Assembly (NCBI GenBank): GCA_036172245.1
Contig: JAYWIR010000039.1
Span: 682,001 to 746,000 of the forward strand
Direction: 5' to 3'
DNA length: 64,000 nucleotides
DNA from: Raillietiella orientalis
Lineage: Eukaryota
A model generated the notes under the pieces. That model made no database searches and was not told the DNA's origin. It was given only the letters and a program-made list of their open reading frames with translations. The first letter of the stretch is position 1. Each line of letters opens with the position of its first letter. A program made the translations under genes and the position numbers. Positions 1-12,280 of this stretch are shown here, one piece after another.

Positions 1-479
1 CGGGCTAGGGGGCACAAAAATGCAGCCGGTGGGGAAGGGGGAGAGGGGAAGTTGATGCTCCCTGCGCCCTCCCAAAGCCAGGGACACGATGGAAGATGGG
101 AACCTTGCAAGATTCGCGTCGTGCCCCACTTATCGTGGCCTCGCAGATCCCCCACGCCGAGAAGTCTACTCTCCTTCCCTCAAAAAAGGGGAAAAAAAAG
201 AAACGGAGGGAGGTCTCTCTGGATTTCGGGTGCCAGCTCCTTCCCTTGGTCCAAGCCCCCATCCCCCATTGGAAGTCGTCATGGGCTTCGTGCTCTGAGG
301 GTCACGGGCCGCTTAAAGGCTGCACTTTCGATTGCGGGTTGAATCCAACGCCTCAGGGATGACGCGACTCCGATTCGCACTTTCCCATTAGTCTTCCCCA
401 CGCGAAATCCCACAGGAACACAACGCTTCCCCACACACCCCACGGTCATTGCAGTCGGTGATGGAAGAGGGGTTTTCCT

Positions 480-1060
480 TCCTTTTCTTTTCTCCTTTCT
501 GAAAAAAAAAAGGATAAATCGGAAAGGAACAGGAAACTCCGGGAGCAGAGTTCCCCACCCTTTCAGTCCTGGTTGAAAATCCTCCCCCTCTTGCGAGTCT
601 CGAACGAACCATACCCTGGGAGGCACGGGATGCTGCCTTGGTGACGCTGGTGGGGAATTCGGATCGGTGAGGAACTGAGCTGAGGCGTCGTGGACCGCGG
701 GCACGTGGCGCATTCGACAGGCAAAGCTCCCTTGCTTTCGGCCCCCGTCCTCCTCTTCCCCCGCACTTCACCGGAGTACTCCTGCGAGGAGGCAGCCGCC
801 CTTCTCTCACGAGCGACTCCACGTAACCCGACGCGCGTCCCTCAGGACGAGGCCTCCCAGGCTTGGGACAGGAACGCATCCAGCTTGGAGAACAGAAACC
901 TTTGGAGTCGTTCTATCGGGAAGGAGAAGGGGAGAGGAACCCTCTTCTCTGTTTTGCACTGCCCAAGGAGCTCGGAGGGAGGGGGAGGATGGTGCGAAAA
1001 TCAGTGATTTCACCCTACGCGATCGAATCAAAGTGGTACCCTTCGAACGACACGAAGAGA
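480..1060 (-). mobile_element. Possible decayed L1/Tx1-like ORF2 C-terminal fragment
   Basis: The minus-strand translation GRLPPRRSTPVKCGGRGG loosely resembles the LP...C..CG..E zinc-finger region seen in other copies in this window. Highly degenerate. Confidence 0.2.
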
Positions 1061-1718
1061 TCGTGAACCGCTCATGCTGAGCGCGGACTCATTTTCAGTG
1101 CGCAGCACATCAGCGAGCTGCGCTCCCTCAAGCTGCTGCTCCCCCACTTCCTCGCAGCCGAGACGGCTGCGAGGAACACTTTTCATGGACCTCACTGAGC
1201 TCGGCGTTTGTCACCCCGCTTGGCGGGATCGTGCGAATCCTGAGCTGTGCACGGGCCTCAGGGGCAGGCATTCCGCGTCTGCTCCCCATCGACCCCCAGT
1301 TATCCGCGCTCTTTCGGGTCACCGCCAACTCTCGAGATGGTCAGCTGATTTTTCAGAAGCAGCGAGTTCACGAAGCACGGAATCACCTCTGCACACCAAT
1401 CTCAAATTTCTCTTCTCCTTGATCATCCAACGTGATCAATGAGGTTCCCTTCTCAGTCTCCTGTTTGCCAGGCTTTAATGGAGACGCGACAGGGACACGG
1501 ACTTCTCCAGGCGAAACGCCTGAACTGCCACTGGTAAAACTCTGTTTCGGTACCCGTTATCGCATTCTTGAACTTGCGGGATTCAGCCTCTGCAGCCCTC
1601 CGGCATGGAGTGGCACAGGGTGAACCACTCGGAACCGGCCCGAAAAGTGTCTCTTGCCCTCCCTCACATTGTACCGCACTTTCCGCCGCAGAGCCACGCT
1701 CGAGGTGGGCCGCTTTCA

Positions 1719-1920
1719 AGTCGCTCAGCCCGTATGTGTGGACTGCATTGTTGGGAGCCGTGCTGATCGCGTGCTCTGACGTCACACCGCGAAGCCGCAC
1801 GAGAGGCAGGTCGGTTTCGAGTCGCTCAGCCCGTATGTGTGGACTGCATTGTTGGGAGCCGTGCTGATCTCGTGCTCTGACGTCACACCGCGAAGCCGCA
1901 CGAAAGTTTTCGAGTCGCTC
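1719..1920. repeat. Tandem duplication, about 101-bp unit, 2 copies plus the start of a third
   Basis: AGTCGCTCAGCCCGTATGTGTGGACTGC...CCGCACGA starts at 1719 and 1820 and is near-identical. AGTCGCTC recurs at 1913. Each unit contains TGACGTCA. Confidence 0.95.
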
Positions 1921-3799
1921 CCTCTGTACCAATGAATAGGCAGTGCCTGGGTATGGGTTAATAAATGAGCGCGCCACGACAGAATCTGATTCATCAGTTT
2001 CCTAGAAACGTACACAAGTGAAGCGTCAATCAACACGGGAACCAGCTTTCCATAAACAGTACAGACAAGCAAACAAAAATGACAGATTTCTTATCCTTTC
2101 GGGCCTTAAGAGTTGTGCTTTTTAGGGTGTCATGCCCGGCAAATCAATCCCAGTGGGCACCCAAGGCAGGAGCGTCGATTCTTCAATCCCCAGGCAAAAG
2201 TTGGGCTGGAGTTGGTTTTTGATGCGGGCGCGCCACCGTCTCGGCGCCAACGAGCGAGCGGAATGTCAGCGGCGAGTGTTTTCCGGATCCGATTGGCCCG
2301 AATACAAGCTCAAAGCCGTCGGCTTTCTTGATCCTTTCTTGTTCCCCGCAAGATTTTATCAGTTGCGATCCGATTCTTACTTCTTGCTTACTTGAAGCGT
2401 CATTTCACGGTCTCTGAAACGAGTCGGGCGAATGAACTTTTGGCGGGCTGCGGTAAGCAAACGAAAGGGTTGTTAACGAACGATTTGACCAGTCACCACC
2501 CATTCGTGCAACGGTGAACCTGGTGCTCTGGAATCGGCAGGGAGTGAGGAGAGTAGGAAAACATTATCCTCCTAGAGGTGCACAACAGGGAATCTCCACG
2601 ACATCTCTTTTCCAGCTGTTGTTCGGCGGAAGGACAATCTGTCAGGTGGCATCGGATTCAATGCTGCAAGGCTGGGCGGCGATTAGGAGAGCTCGCAAAC
2701 AAAAGGTTCCTTCTTGAGATGAAGGAGCTGAGCCGATTTATCGCCAGAGTCTTCCGAATCGAGCTCCCGGAATCAACTATCTCTTCCTCCCCAAAATAAA
2801 GAAAACGAAAGAAGAGAGAGGGAGAGAGAAAGAAAGAAAGCGAGACAGACGAGTCCCAGGAATGAAAAATGGCAAGCGGGAAGACGGATCTTATCGAATC
2901 GCATGAAAGAAGTCCGGATGCGTCCAGATAATGCTTCGTCTTCGCGCGATGGGTGAGGGTGGGTCTCTCCCCATCGGCAGAGGAAAATCACGACATCGCT
3001 CGAGAGGCGGAGGGTGGGTCACCGCCTCTCATGCTAAGAAAGGAGTCCCCTCGTTAGTCGGAAGGAAGCAGTGCCCGTTGGCTTCCGTTGCTTGGAGAAG
3101 CCAGATCCGAGTTGATGCTGCAGGTGGGGCGAGGCCGATTCGCTGCAGAAAAATCAGAGGTCCACAGGTGATCTTCTAGAGAGTCGTTGCAGGAGAACGC
3201 GCACTCTGGTCACACTGCTGCTCGTGGCAAGGGACTGCTGTTTCAACAGCCACTGCTGGATTGATGACTACCGCGGTCCCTGCTCGCCGGAGGAGTACAG
3301 CCGACGGCGGCGTGCACTATCCACATAGTTAATCTGGTTCCTTGGTCGCCTCTTCCCGAAGAGGCTTCCTCCCATACTTGAGATCAGCCGGTCGGTGGCC
3401 CACCTCGCCTTCTAGGTGTCTGTCCCGGAAAGGTTTTCGGTCGCGCCAATGGGGAACGCTTAGCAGTGTCCCCGGTGGGGGTGCTGCGCGCGCCATCTGG
3501 CTGTGGCGCCTCCGGAGGATTACGGACGGACCTCCTCGGTGGATCAATAGGGAGCGCTGGGTGCTGCTGGAGGCTCTCGTTCCTACTCAGGTGGTCGGCT
3601 CGCCTTCGGCTCTCCTTGGTAACCTTGCCGTCGGTCACCGCGAGGGCGTACGCTCCGGGGCAAGGATTCCTCTCGCAGCCACAGTCCAGCACGTGCGCAC
3701 CTTCTCCTCCTCAGGGTGAGAACAAGGTGACCCCTTGAATTTTCCGCTCTGGAGCTCTCCAGGTCCGATCAGGAGCTGATGCCCGGGACGAACGAAAGA

Positions 3800-4300
3800 C
3801 GGTCACCATCCTGATCTTGTCGCGGGGCTCTTCGTCATTGAGTGGGAGTTACTCGTGAGGTGAGCCCCTGAAGGGATCCTTTCTCGTGGTGGAGGTCGGC
3901 ACCGTAAGGTCCGCGATCTCCGCTGAAGAGGAAGTGTCAGGATACCAGCCGATGCAGGGTGCGACCTGCCCTTCGTTTGGGCGGTTCTCTAAGAATGTTT
4001 TCCTGATCTGAGGTGGCCGCAATCTGGCAGCGGGTTTCCTCCGCGGGTGTCCTTCGTCAAAAATGAGTTTCTCTATGGTGATTTTGGCTCGCTGCCGGCG
4101 AGACTGCCTGCAGGTACTTAGCACCCCGTCGTCCACAAACTCCGTCCACTGTCCCTGGAGCGTTTGGTGTTTGTGCATATCCACCGCTCTTCTCCCAATT
4201 CCTTCCCTGGATGCGCTCCGCTGGTCCTTACGTCGCCACAGCCCGTCAACCCAAGGATCTCACTGCAGTCCTGCGACACACCGCTGCAGGTGCTTCTTTA
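3800..4300 (-). mobile_element. Decayed REL-endonuclease non-LTR retrotransposon fragment (HERO/NeSL/R2-like)
   Basis: ORF 3849..4184 contains LQGQWTEFVDDGVL (cf. QGRYTxRHDxVL) and YPDTSSSAEIADLTVP (cf. the PD...(D/E)LTVP nuclease motif). Confidence 0.35.
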
Positions 4301-4564
4301 GCTGCGAAGAGCGTGCACTGCGTTCTCCTTACTTGAGAGGCAACGATGATCTGCTTTGCTTTTGAAACCAGTGATTGAGTCGCGGTCGATGCGGCAAGTC
4401 TAAATGGTAAAAGAGAAATAAGCGCTTCTGGAAGCACTTTGGCCTTCTACAGCATGGTTCCAATGCCACTCCATGGGTTCTTAAGCCTTCCGCGAATGCA
4501 TCCCCTGTGTATGAGGTCATCCCTTGAATTTTCATCGGGGGTGCTTTGCCAACACGATGGAGAT

Positions 4565-4599
4565 CAAACATTGAAAGATCGATGATCTTTCAATGTTTG
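4565..4599. repeat. Perfect 16-bp inverted repeat with 3-nt loop
   Basis: CAAACATTGAAAGATC-GAT-GATCTTTCAATGTTTG. Confidence 0.95.
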
Positions 4600-6750
4600 T
4601 TCCTACCACTCTTCCCCACTGGTTTCCGTCTACTGAGAGTGAGTCCATCTTTTATTTTGAGAATGGAGCTGCACAGGCTAATCTGACGTATTGATCCTGC
4701 TGACGCCAATCTCTCGATGTCTTCCTTTTCGTGGGCTTCCCCCTTGTTATCCATCCTACTGTTTCCCTTGTGACCATCCCTAATTGGCGTATTACGGTTG
4801 CGAGTTCTTCTTTCCTCGTTTGTTGAGATTATTATCAGATGGTGTTCCCGTAGGATCTTCTCCTGCGACGTCCACGTCGTATCAACCGCCTTCCGAGTTC
4901 CTGTTTCCGACGTTGGGGCTCGATTACTGTTTCATCATCATCTTCGTGCGTTTGTACTTTCGCGCTGTTTGCTGCATCTCTTCTCCAAGGAGAGAGCGCC
5001 GAGCACGCAACGCGGAGCCAACGAGTCGATAAATCGCACCCGTTTTCAGAACACGAGAAAAAAGGGCGGGAAAAGATTAGGAAGGTACGACGAATGTGAC
5101 TACCGTTAGGTGGGAGTCGTGTAGGGGGCGGTTGGGCAGGCGGAAGACTCCATTTTCGCTGCGCCGAGGAGATGGTGCGCCAAACACCGCACCCGCTTCT
5201 CGAGTTTTTTCGTTTCGGAGGGCTCGTCTCCCGCGCTCCCCTTCCCTCGCGAAGGCTGAGCCGGCGGTGTTCGCCGCTCAAAGGCGAGTTCTCCAAGGCA
5301 GCTGCTCACCCGACCGGTTCCCGAGTCGACCGTAGAACGGGATTGACTCCCGTAGATTCTGCTGCAGTTCTTCTTCCCTCCTTTCTCCCCCCCTTCCTCC
5401 CTAAGGGAAGAATCCGCCTAGCCATCCTGCAAGAGCCAGTCGTCGAAAGAATATGGTTGCAGCCAAGTGCGCGGCACCCTCTCGGTCCAGGCAAGGCTTC
5501 TGCCCACGCAGATCAGTATGGAGGCTGTCGTGGCTGCGAAGGGCAGTGCTGCCGGTTCGGGATAGACTGGTTCGTCCTGGAAGAACTCTTGTCCGCCATC
5601 CACTTTGACACTGCAGTTCGTGGCCACTTCGGAGAGCGTAAGGAGAACCAACTGACTGGAACGCGACGTCAACCGGGAACTGCTTCTGCGTCGCCGAGTC
5701 GGCTTCTTCGGTGGAGACTCCACCCGTTCTTTCCCGAGCCCCCGTGGTTCACTGCTTTCCCAATCCGAGGTCCTTGACCAGTTCGGAGACCTCTGAAACG
5801 CGCTTGGAGACGACACAGAAAGTCTCGGGGAAAGCCGTGAAACCGTAAAAAAAAAAACCGGGACCGAGCGCACTTTCGGCAAGAGGGGAGCGACACTAGC
5901 AGCTCCAGGGGAGGCACCTCGGACCGAGAGTGTGGTGAGACGGCAGCCAATCCGTTTGAAGGCTCGAACGAAACGGCCCGATCCCTCCGAGGGACAGCGC
6001 GATTGCCCTCATCCGTGCAAATCAGCGTTCTTCACCCGAGGACAGAGGTGGGTTTTTGAGGTGACCATCAGCCAGTCCGCTGCTCGCTCAACTGCGCCGA
6101 GAGGACGGCGGCCCAGAGCGTTGCCGCAGAAAGAGAGGGCCTGCAGCAATAGAATCCCCGAGCCACCCTCACCGGCGCGCCCGTCGCCGTCTCGAAGCGA
6201 CACGTGCAGGAGATCCCTGCCTCGAGATGCTGCCGAGCACCCTAGCAGCGACGCACGAGGTGGAAGGAACGCGAGGAGAGTCCCTGAAGGAGTGCTGGCG
6301 GCAGCGAGAGAGCTTTTAGCAGGTTCACTGGGTCCTTGGGATCAGACAGACCGAGGAAACTGCGGAGGCGCCGCTGAAGATCGTACATCCGGCATTCCCA
6401 GGATGCTCGTCGGAATCATTGGATGGGTCACCATTTTGGAGGAACCCCAGTTCCGCCATGAAGACTAGTCCCAGAGGACAGAACGAGCCAAGTGCGCGCA
6501 AATTAGGGAGAATCATCGTAGAAGGATGCTGCGGGGATGTGGAACTGCGCATTCATCCATGAGCTGCGTGTTCCTTTCCCTCCCCTCTCCCTTCTCATCG
6601 CCTGCCCCAGATGGCGGCGAGGAGGGCCGATTGCCTGGAGTTCAGTGCTTGCTGGCGGACAGTGTTTGGTGATTGCCGACTCTGCTGCCACCGTGGTCCG
6701 AGAAAAGGACGGGCAGAAGGTCACGCTCCTTCTGTTCCAGAAACCAGCTC

Positions 6751-8140
6751 TTTAATGCTGTTTCACGCCATCCGAGGGTGCGTGTAACTCTTCGAGTTAT
6801 GGGGGATGACTCCAAAGGAGACAAGGTCCTATGAATCCAGGAAAAGCACCGGAGAAGGGAGTCCATTCCTCTCACGTTTGGGGGGGAACGTCCCACCCTA
6901 GTTGTCTCCGATTTCCACCCGGATACGCCGGGCGTCTATTGAAATTTCAAATTGTGGTAGGACGCGTGGTCCTACCACACTTCATTTGTATATGGATCTG
7001 CCGGGTCGCCAGTGCACGGGCCAGCGGAGCTGACTTCGACAGCAGAGGGGGTCGGGAGAAAACGAAAGAAAGAGTAAATAAAAATCTTTGGGAGGGTCGG
7101 GAAGGGACCACTGTCCACTGGAGGGAGCCAGGAGCCCTCTGCATCCTTTCCAGGATATTAGTCCGAATAGGTCCCAGGAGGGATCATCTGGTCGCTATCT
7201 TCAGGAAGTGAACTGCGAGCTGGACTAGCGTCCCTCTCATTTCTTCCTCCGTCGGCTTCGCTCCAGGCCGCCACGATCCTGCGAATGCAGAAAAGTTCTA
7301 CTGAGGACGAGGCTGGCTGCAGGGCATCCCACACGAAGAGAAGCCGTAAAACGTCCCCGGGAGTGCCAACTGGGATCCCGATGAACTTTCCGAAACATTC
7401 CCATGGAGGCCGGAGGGCAACACAGTCCACAAGCAGGTGCGAAGGTATTCCCTCTCCGTCTCTCATCTGCGGCAGTCCGCACTCACCCTCCCCAGCGTCC
7501 AGTAGTGTCGAAGTGCGTTGCAGGTTGTCTCCTAAAGGAAACAGGAGCTGGTTGTCCCTACAAGGGAACCTCGAACGGATCCTCTTCCTTGTTCCCTCCG
7601 GAAGGATCCCAGAAGGGAGACGCTCTATCTCTTCTTCTCCCCGGGAGTACCCGCTAGGGAACCGCTCCCTGTTTTCTCCTACTCTGAAGAGAATCCCGAG
7701 GGAAAGCTTCCGGATGTTCTCTGAAGGGCGCTCCCAGAAGGAAGCAGCGCGCTTTTCACTCCGTAGAGACGCCATCGATCCACTAGTACCATGGTACGAG
7801 ACGGAAGGTCCATCCACGAGGGGGGAGGGACGTCTCCTTTGCGCAACCGGAGGGGAACCACGAGGGGGGCTCCTCCGAGGGGAATCAAGGAGTCCCAGGA
7901 GAAGGGCTCCTTGATTCTGTTTCTTGGAAGGATCCCGGAGCGTCAACTTCCGATTCCAGCTTCCACCAGGGCAGCTTCCGAAGACAGGCCAGCCAGCTTC
8001 ATCTTGCGGGAGTAACTCGGAACCCAAAACGTACTTCCATCATTTCTCTGGCGCCAATCCTTCCTTTGGTGGGATTTGAATCCGCGACTCCAGGTGCCAC
8101 ACGAGGAGACCGCACCCACATAGCCTCCTCGTGCGCCAGA
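6751..8140 (-). mobile_element. tRNA-derived SINE copy 1, interrupted by a LINE fragment at 6910-7523
   Basis: The minus-strand head has box A-like TGGCGCACGAGG and box B-like GGATTCAAATCC (8083-8072). The body (7533-8040) and tail (6751-6900) align by eye to 23822-24790 and 29495-30155. Confidence 0.75.
6910..7523 (-). mobile_element. 5'-truncated L1/Tx1-like LINE, family A copy 1 (ORF2 C-terminal zinc finger plus 3' UTR)
   Basis: Translation ...GIPSHLLVDCVALRPPWECF...ELFCIRRIVAAW (zf-RVT-like HLLxDC). Homologous to 10865-11500. Flanked by GTTGTCTCC direct repeats at 6901-6909 and 7524-7532. Confidence 0.75.
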
Positions 8141-8349
8141 TATCCTCCGGGCGGCTCTTGCAGCTGCTCCGGCAGGACGGCTCTTCCCGTCAGCGGCGTC
8201 TCCCGGAGCCCAGGCGAAGAGATCTTCAGGCGTGATCCAGGGCGACGACGACGACGAAGGCATCACCTGCGGCGCCGTCACGCACCTTCGTCAGCGGAGA
8301 GCGGTCCGCCCTGCTCTTGGTCGCCCTGTGCCGTCTCTTCGCACCATTA

Positions 8350-10150
8350 ATCATGCCGACGGCGTCTTGCTGGGTCCTCCATGAGTCTGGAAACCCCCCT
8401 CAAGGAGGACCCGCGAGTTATTATTTGATTTCCAGGGATCGCAGGGCACAGGGGGAGGCGCAGCCTCACAAGGAGATTCGATGAATAATGAATGATCCAT
8501 CTTAGTCATTAATCCGATGGATCCACGCCCTGCGTTGAGATGGATCGATGCGGAGAAGCCTGGAGGCGCTCCCGATTGCAGGTTCTTCACGGGACAAGTT
8601 CCCCTTGGGAAGCACCTGGTGCCTTTCAGGTCTGGGGCAAGGCCGTGGCGACCGGCAGCGATATGGCTGCACTCCTGGAGTGACGAGTGGTCCCGATGTC
8701 GGTTCAAGCTTGGGCCGAGACCCAACTTAGACGGCTCATAGGACTGCCGGCAGTCAACGGATGAAATAGCCAGATATTCCACCGGCAAGCACGGAGCCTC
8801 CAGCGCAGAGCCATCATCGTTTCGCTGCCGGCGGCGTTGGGAACTCTGATGTTAGCAGCCGTGCGAGCACGTGACCCCGCCCCGTCCCCAGCTGGGATGC
8901 GCGCCGCTCGTCTCCGAGAGCAAGCCAAAGCCTCTGAGCATCGCTCGCCCCGATCAGAAGATCCAAGATCCAGGATGCCGTCGGGATTTCTCACACCCCA
9001 AGATATGCAGCGGATGGGGCGATACATCGAATGTCGGAGGCGACCCTCTGGGTCTCTGGACGCTCCAAGTCCATCGTTGTCGCTACCAGACTCCACCCAA
9101 AGGGTCTTGGCAAGCCCGTGTAACTACTCCCAGAGACCTAGGCGAGGGCTCTGCAAAGATGGACTCCAGACTCCCCGTGTGGGGGGGGGACTGGGGATTG
9201 GGGGCTTGCCGGCCGACTTCTCGCTGTCGCCGGACCGGGGGGCCTCGCACGACTCCCCTCTACCCCACAGACAGCGCAGAGGTGTGACCCGAAACGTGCG
9301 AAGGAGCTCCTGTAAAAACTGAAAGCAGACCTGGGAACGCACCCCGCTCCCCCGCCTGGGGGATGGACCGCGGACGCAAGATCGAACACCCGACATTCTC
9401 TGAGTGCGTACCAAGACCCCAGCCCTCCTCTTCCGTTCCGTTGCTTCTGGCGCCGCAGCTGGGCATTCATGAGATCAGGCAAAGTTCGATAGAAGGGATT
9501 TGCCTTCGTCCTGGAGCGCGGGATGGGTATGGCTTGAGGAATGCACTGAATGGGTGCCTCCTCTTCGGGAATCCCAAGCTGTTGGCGTTCCCGTCCATCC
9601 GTTTCGCTTACATAATCGACAGGGCAACCCACGGCGTACCTGTTGGAAGTAAACTATTTTTTTGGTCTTCTTCGGCACTGGGAACCGTGTCCCGGAGCGA
9701 CGGTAAGCCCAAGTCTGAAGCTTTGGCGCACCTCTGCGAAGGCAAGCGAGCAGATTGCCCTCAGGTCACTTCCGCTTCTCGTTGCAATGAGGAAGCAAGG
9801 ATGCATTTTCCATGGAGGACCCTTCCCGCCAGCATCTCAGCTCCTCCCGGAAGGGTGCTGCCCCTGCTGGTTCCGAAGCCTCTGAGCTTCCAGCCGAAAC
9901 TGCTCCATTCCAGCGGCCAGCGCCGAAAGCGCAAGTCATGCCCTGCTTTGTCCCTGGAGGAGTACCCGAGGCGGCGAGAGCTCCAGCGGGTTTCCCCCGA
10001 GTCCTTGGGATCAGGCGGTTCCTCAAGCCTCACGATCAACAAGCGAGCGCTCTCAGAGCGCCTTCCGCTCTCGCAGCATCGGGAAGAGCACGTCAGGTGC
10101 ACAAGGAACTCAGCGCTCTTGCGTCACTCCGCGTCCCACTCGCTAGACTG
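8350..10150 (-). mobile_element. Possible decayed N-terminal zinc-finger region of a NeSL/Utopia-like retrotransposon
   Basis: Broken frames with FPRGTCPVKN, LRHSMYRPIRCI and APIQCIP motifs, reminiscent of repeated C2H2 fingers. No RT motif seen. Confidence 0.2.
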
Positions 10151-10864
10151 CGTCAACGGTAGAGCCGCTCCATCCGCGATGCTCTGTTCGTGGGTGGGGT
10201 AGACAGGCCGAAGAAACGCATCATTTCGTCACCCCCGTTCTCCTCCATTTCCCGAGCACACACACATGAGTTGCGCAACCGAGAGTCCCGGAGGAACGCG
10301 TCATTTCACCCCCGCCACCCATCCGGAGCAACAACAATCACTCGTCTCCAGCACCTGGGGCAGAAAACGAGTAACTTTCTTCCCTGGAGTCCCAGCTTCC
10401 CCATTTGCCTCTCCTGTCTTCGAACGCCTTCCCTGCGGTTGACCTTGCGAGCTCACAGACGCCCCGCGCCGTCGGAGCAGCTGCTGAGCCCCACCTGGGA
10501 CTGCTGAGGGGCGGTTTCAAGAAGTACACCGCCCTTCCATCTTCGCTCGCGTTGACTACGGGCAGTCGAAGAGACCCCGGAAACCCGACTGCCCGTGGTT
10601 TTTCCAGAAAGCCTTCGCCAGACGACGGAGAGACCCGCTGGTAGGTCGTGAGGCGGTGCACTGCCTGCACTGTCTTCTGGCAACCGGGGGGACTTCCAGT
10701 CCAAACCTAGCAACTCACTTCCCTAGTTCCCATCTTCAATGCGAAAGTGCGTATCCATCGCACAGTGGATTCTGAAGTAGTTTTGGCGAGGAAGAGTCGG
10801 GAGGAAGGGGCACTGTGGGGACTCGAACTTTCTGCCACTGCGGCCTTTTTCATAGGCGCGCTTG

Positions 10865-12280
10865 GATTTTCACCTGGGTTCACCGGGGCGCTTATTTTAC
10901 GCAAACTTAATCTGGGATACATTGTGGTTGGACCAGTGGTCCAACCACGCCCAATTTAGAGGAGACCTGCCGGGTCGCCGGTACGCAGACCGGCGCGGTC
11001 TACTACGGCAGCAGAGTAAGGGGAAACGAAAAGAAAAAAAGAAACAAAAAATAAAGAAAAACAAATACACTTTGGGGAGTGCGGGGAGGGATTACTGTCT
11101 GCTGCCGGCAGTCCGGTCTATCCTCTCCAGGATGTCTGCAAGGTCGAACTGAATGTTGACTTCCAGGTGGGGCCATCGCGTCGCCATCCTGATGAAATGG
11201 ACGGCGATATGGAGAGCATCCCTGTCGCTGGGTTCTCCGGTTGCTTTACGCCAGGCTGCAACGATCCCGCGTAGGCAGCACAAGGCTGCGAGGAGGCCGC
11301 TGGCTGAAGAGCGTCGCGAACGAAGAGGGGTTTTAGAGCGTCCCTGGAGTTGACTCCGGGGGTTCCCAGGGCCGTGGCAAAGTGTTCCCAAAAGGGCCGG
11401 AGGGCAACACAGTCCACTAACAGGCGGAGGAGGGATTCCCGTTCCCCGCACCTCACACAGTTGGAGTCGACACCCCCGCGTCCAATGTTGACGGCGGGCG
11501 TTGCATGGGAGACCCCAATGCAGCAGCAACAGCGCCGACTGTTACCATTTCATAGGGAGGGTGCGGTTGTCCGGGAGCACCGTGAACCACTTCAGTTGTT
11601 CCACCGGAACATCCGGCAGCTCGCCCCAGCTCAAGAGTCCGTGGGGCGGTGAATTCAGGGTCGCAGCGTCGGCGAGCTGTTCTGTCTTCCACTCATCCAG
11701 TCCTTTCTCCTTTCCAGATATGTTGACTTTAACTTTCCATTTCGCCGCGATGCTGTTGCTCAGGTGTTCCCTGAGGGAGAGCAGAGCTGCGGCGAGGGAA
11801 GTTCTTCCTGCCTACGCGCTTTTTCCGGGAACCTCCAGGATCTCTCGAAGCGTGCAACGGTTGTTGCCCACGAACAGCAACCGGACCACCTGCTCCGTGC
11901 CTTGTTCCTGGCTCCTCGCCCACATGCGAACGGTCTCCTGTAGCCAGGCGCCCCCGTTTGCGTAGCGGCAGGAGATCCATCACGAGTTTTTCCTTGCCAC
12001 GTTGGCCACCCTCCGAAGCTGCAATCCGCAATGGACGATGTGGCGGCGACGGAGTGCAACGAAAGACACAATTCCCGCGTTGTCGGTGGCTTGCTGGACG
12101 AGGAGGGGTGCAGGGACGCACCAGTTGATGCTCCATAACTTCGCCGCAAGGGCAAAAATCCTGAACTGGAGCTGAAGATCCAGCCGCTCCAGCGTCAGGA
12201 GGCCGAGGCCACCGTCCCGGAAGGGCACGAAGCGCTGCTTCGCATTCTCGACCGTTACGTACGGTGTGTTCAACTCTGAA
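10865..12280 (-). mobile_element. 5'-truncated L1/Tx1-like LINE, family A copy 2
   Basis: RT thumb motif VPFRDGGLGL (about 12230), then LLLHWGLP...CVRCGERESLLRLLVDCVALRPFW (zf-RVT) and CCLRGIVAAW, a stop at about 11092, a T-rich 3' UTR and a terminal hairpin. Contains frameshifts and stops. Confidence 0.8.

Noticed and set aside
700..830. HDV-like ribozyme on the minus strand (CTGCCTCCTCGCAG...GG...CGAA)
   Set aside because: P1 length and P2 pairing do not fit the fold, and the region also reads as decayed LINE coding sequence.
8060..8140. Functional tRNA gene (also 24705-24790)
   Set aside because: No full cloverleaf, and the head is attached to a shared repeat body, so it is a SINE head.
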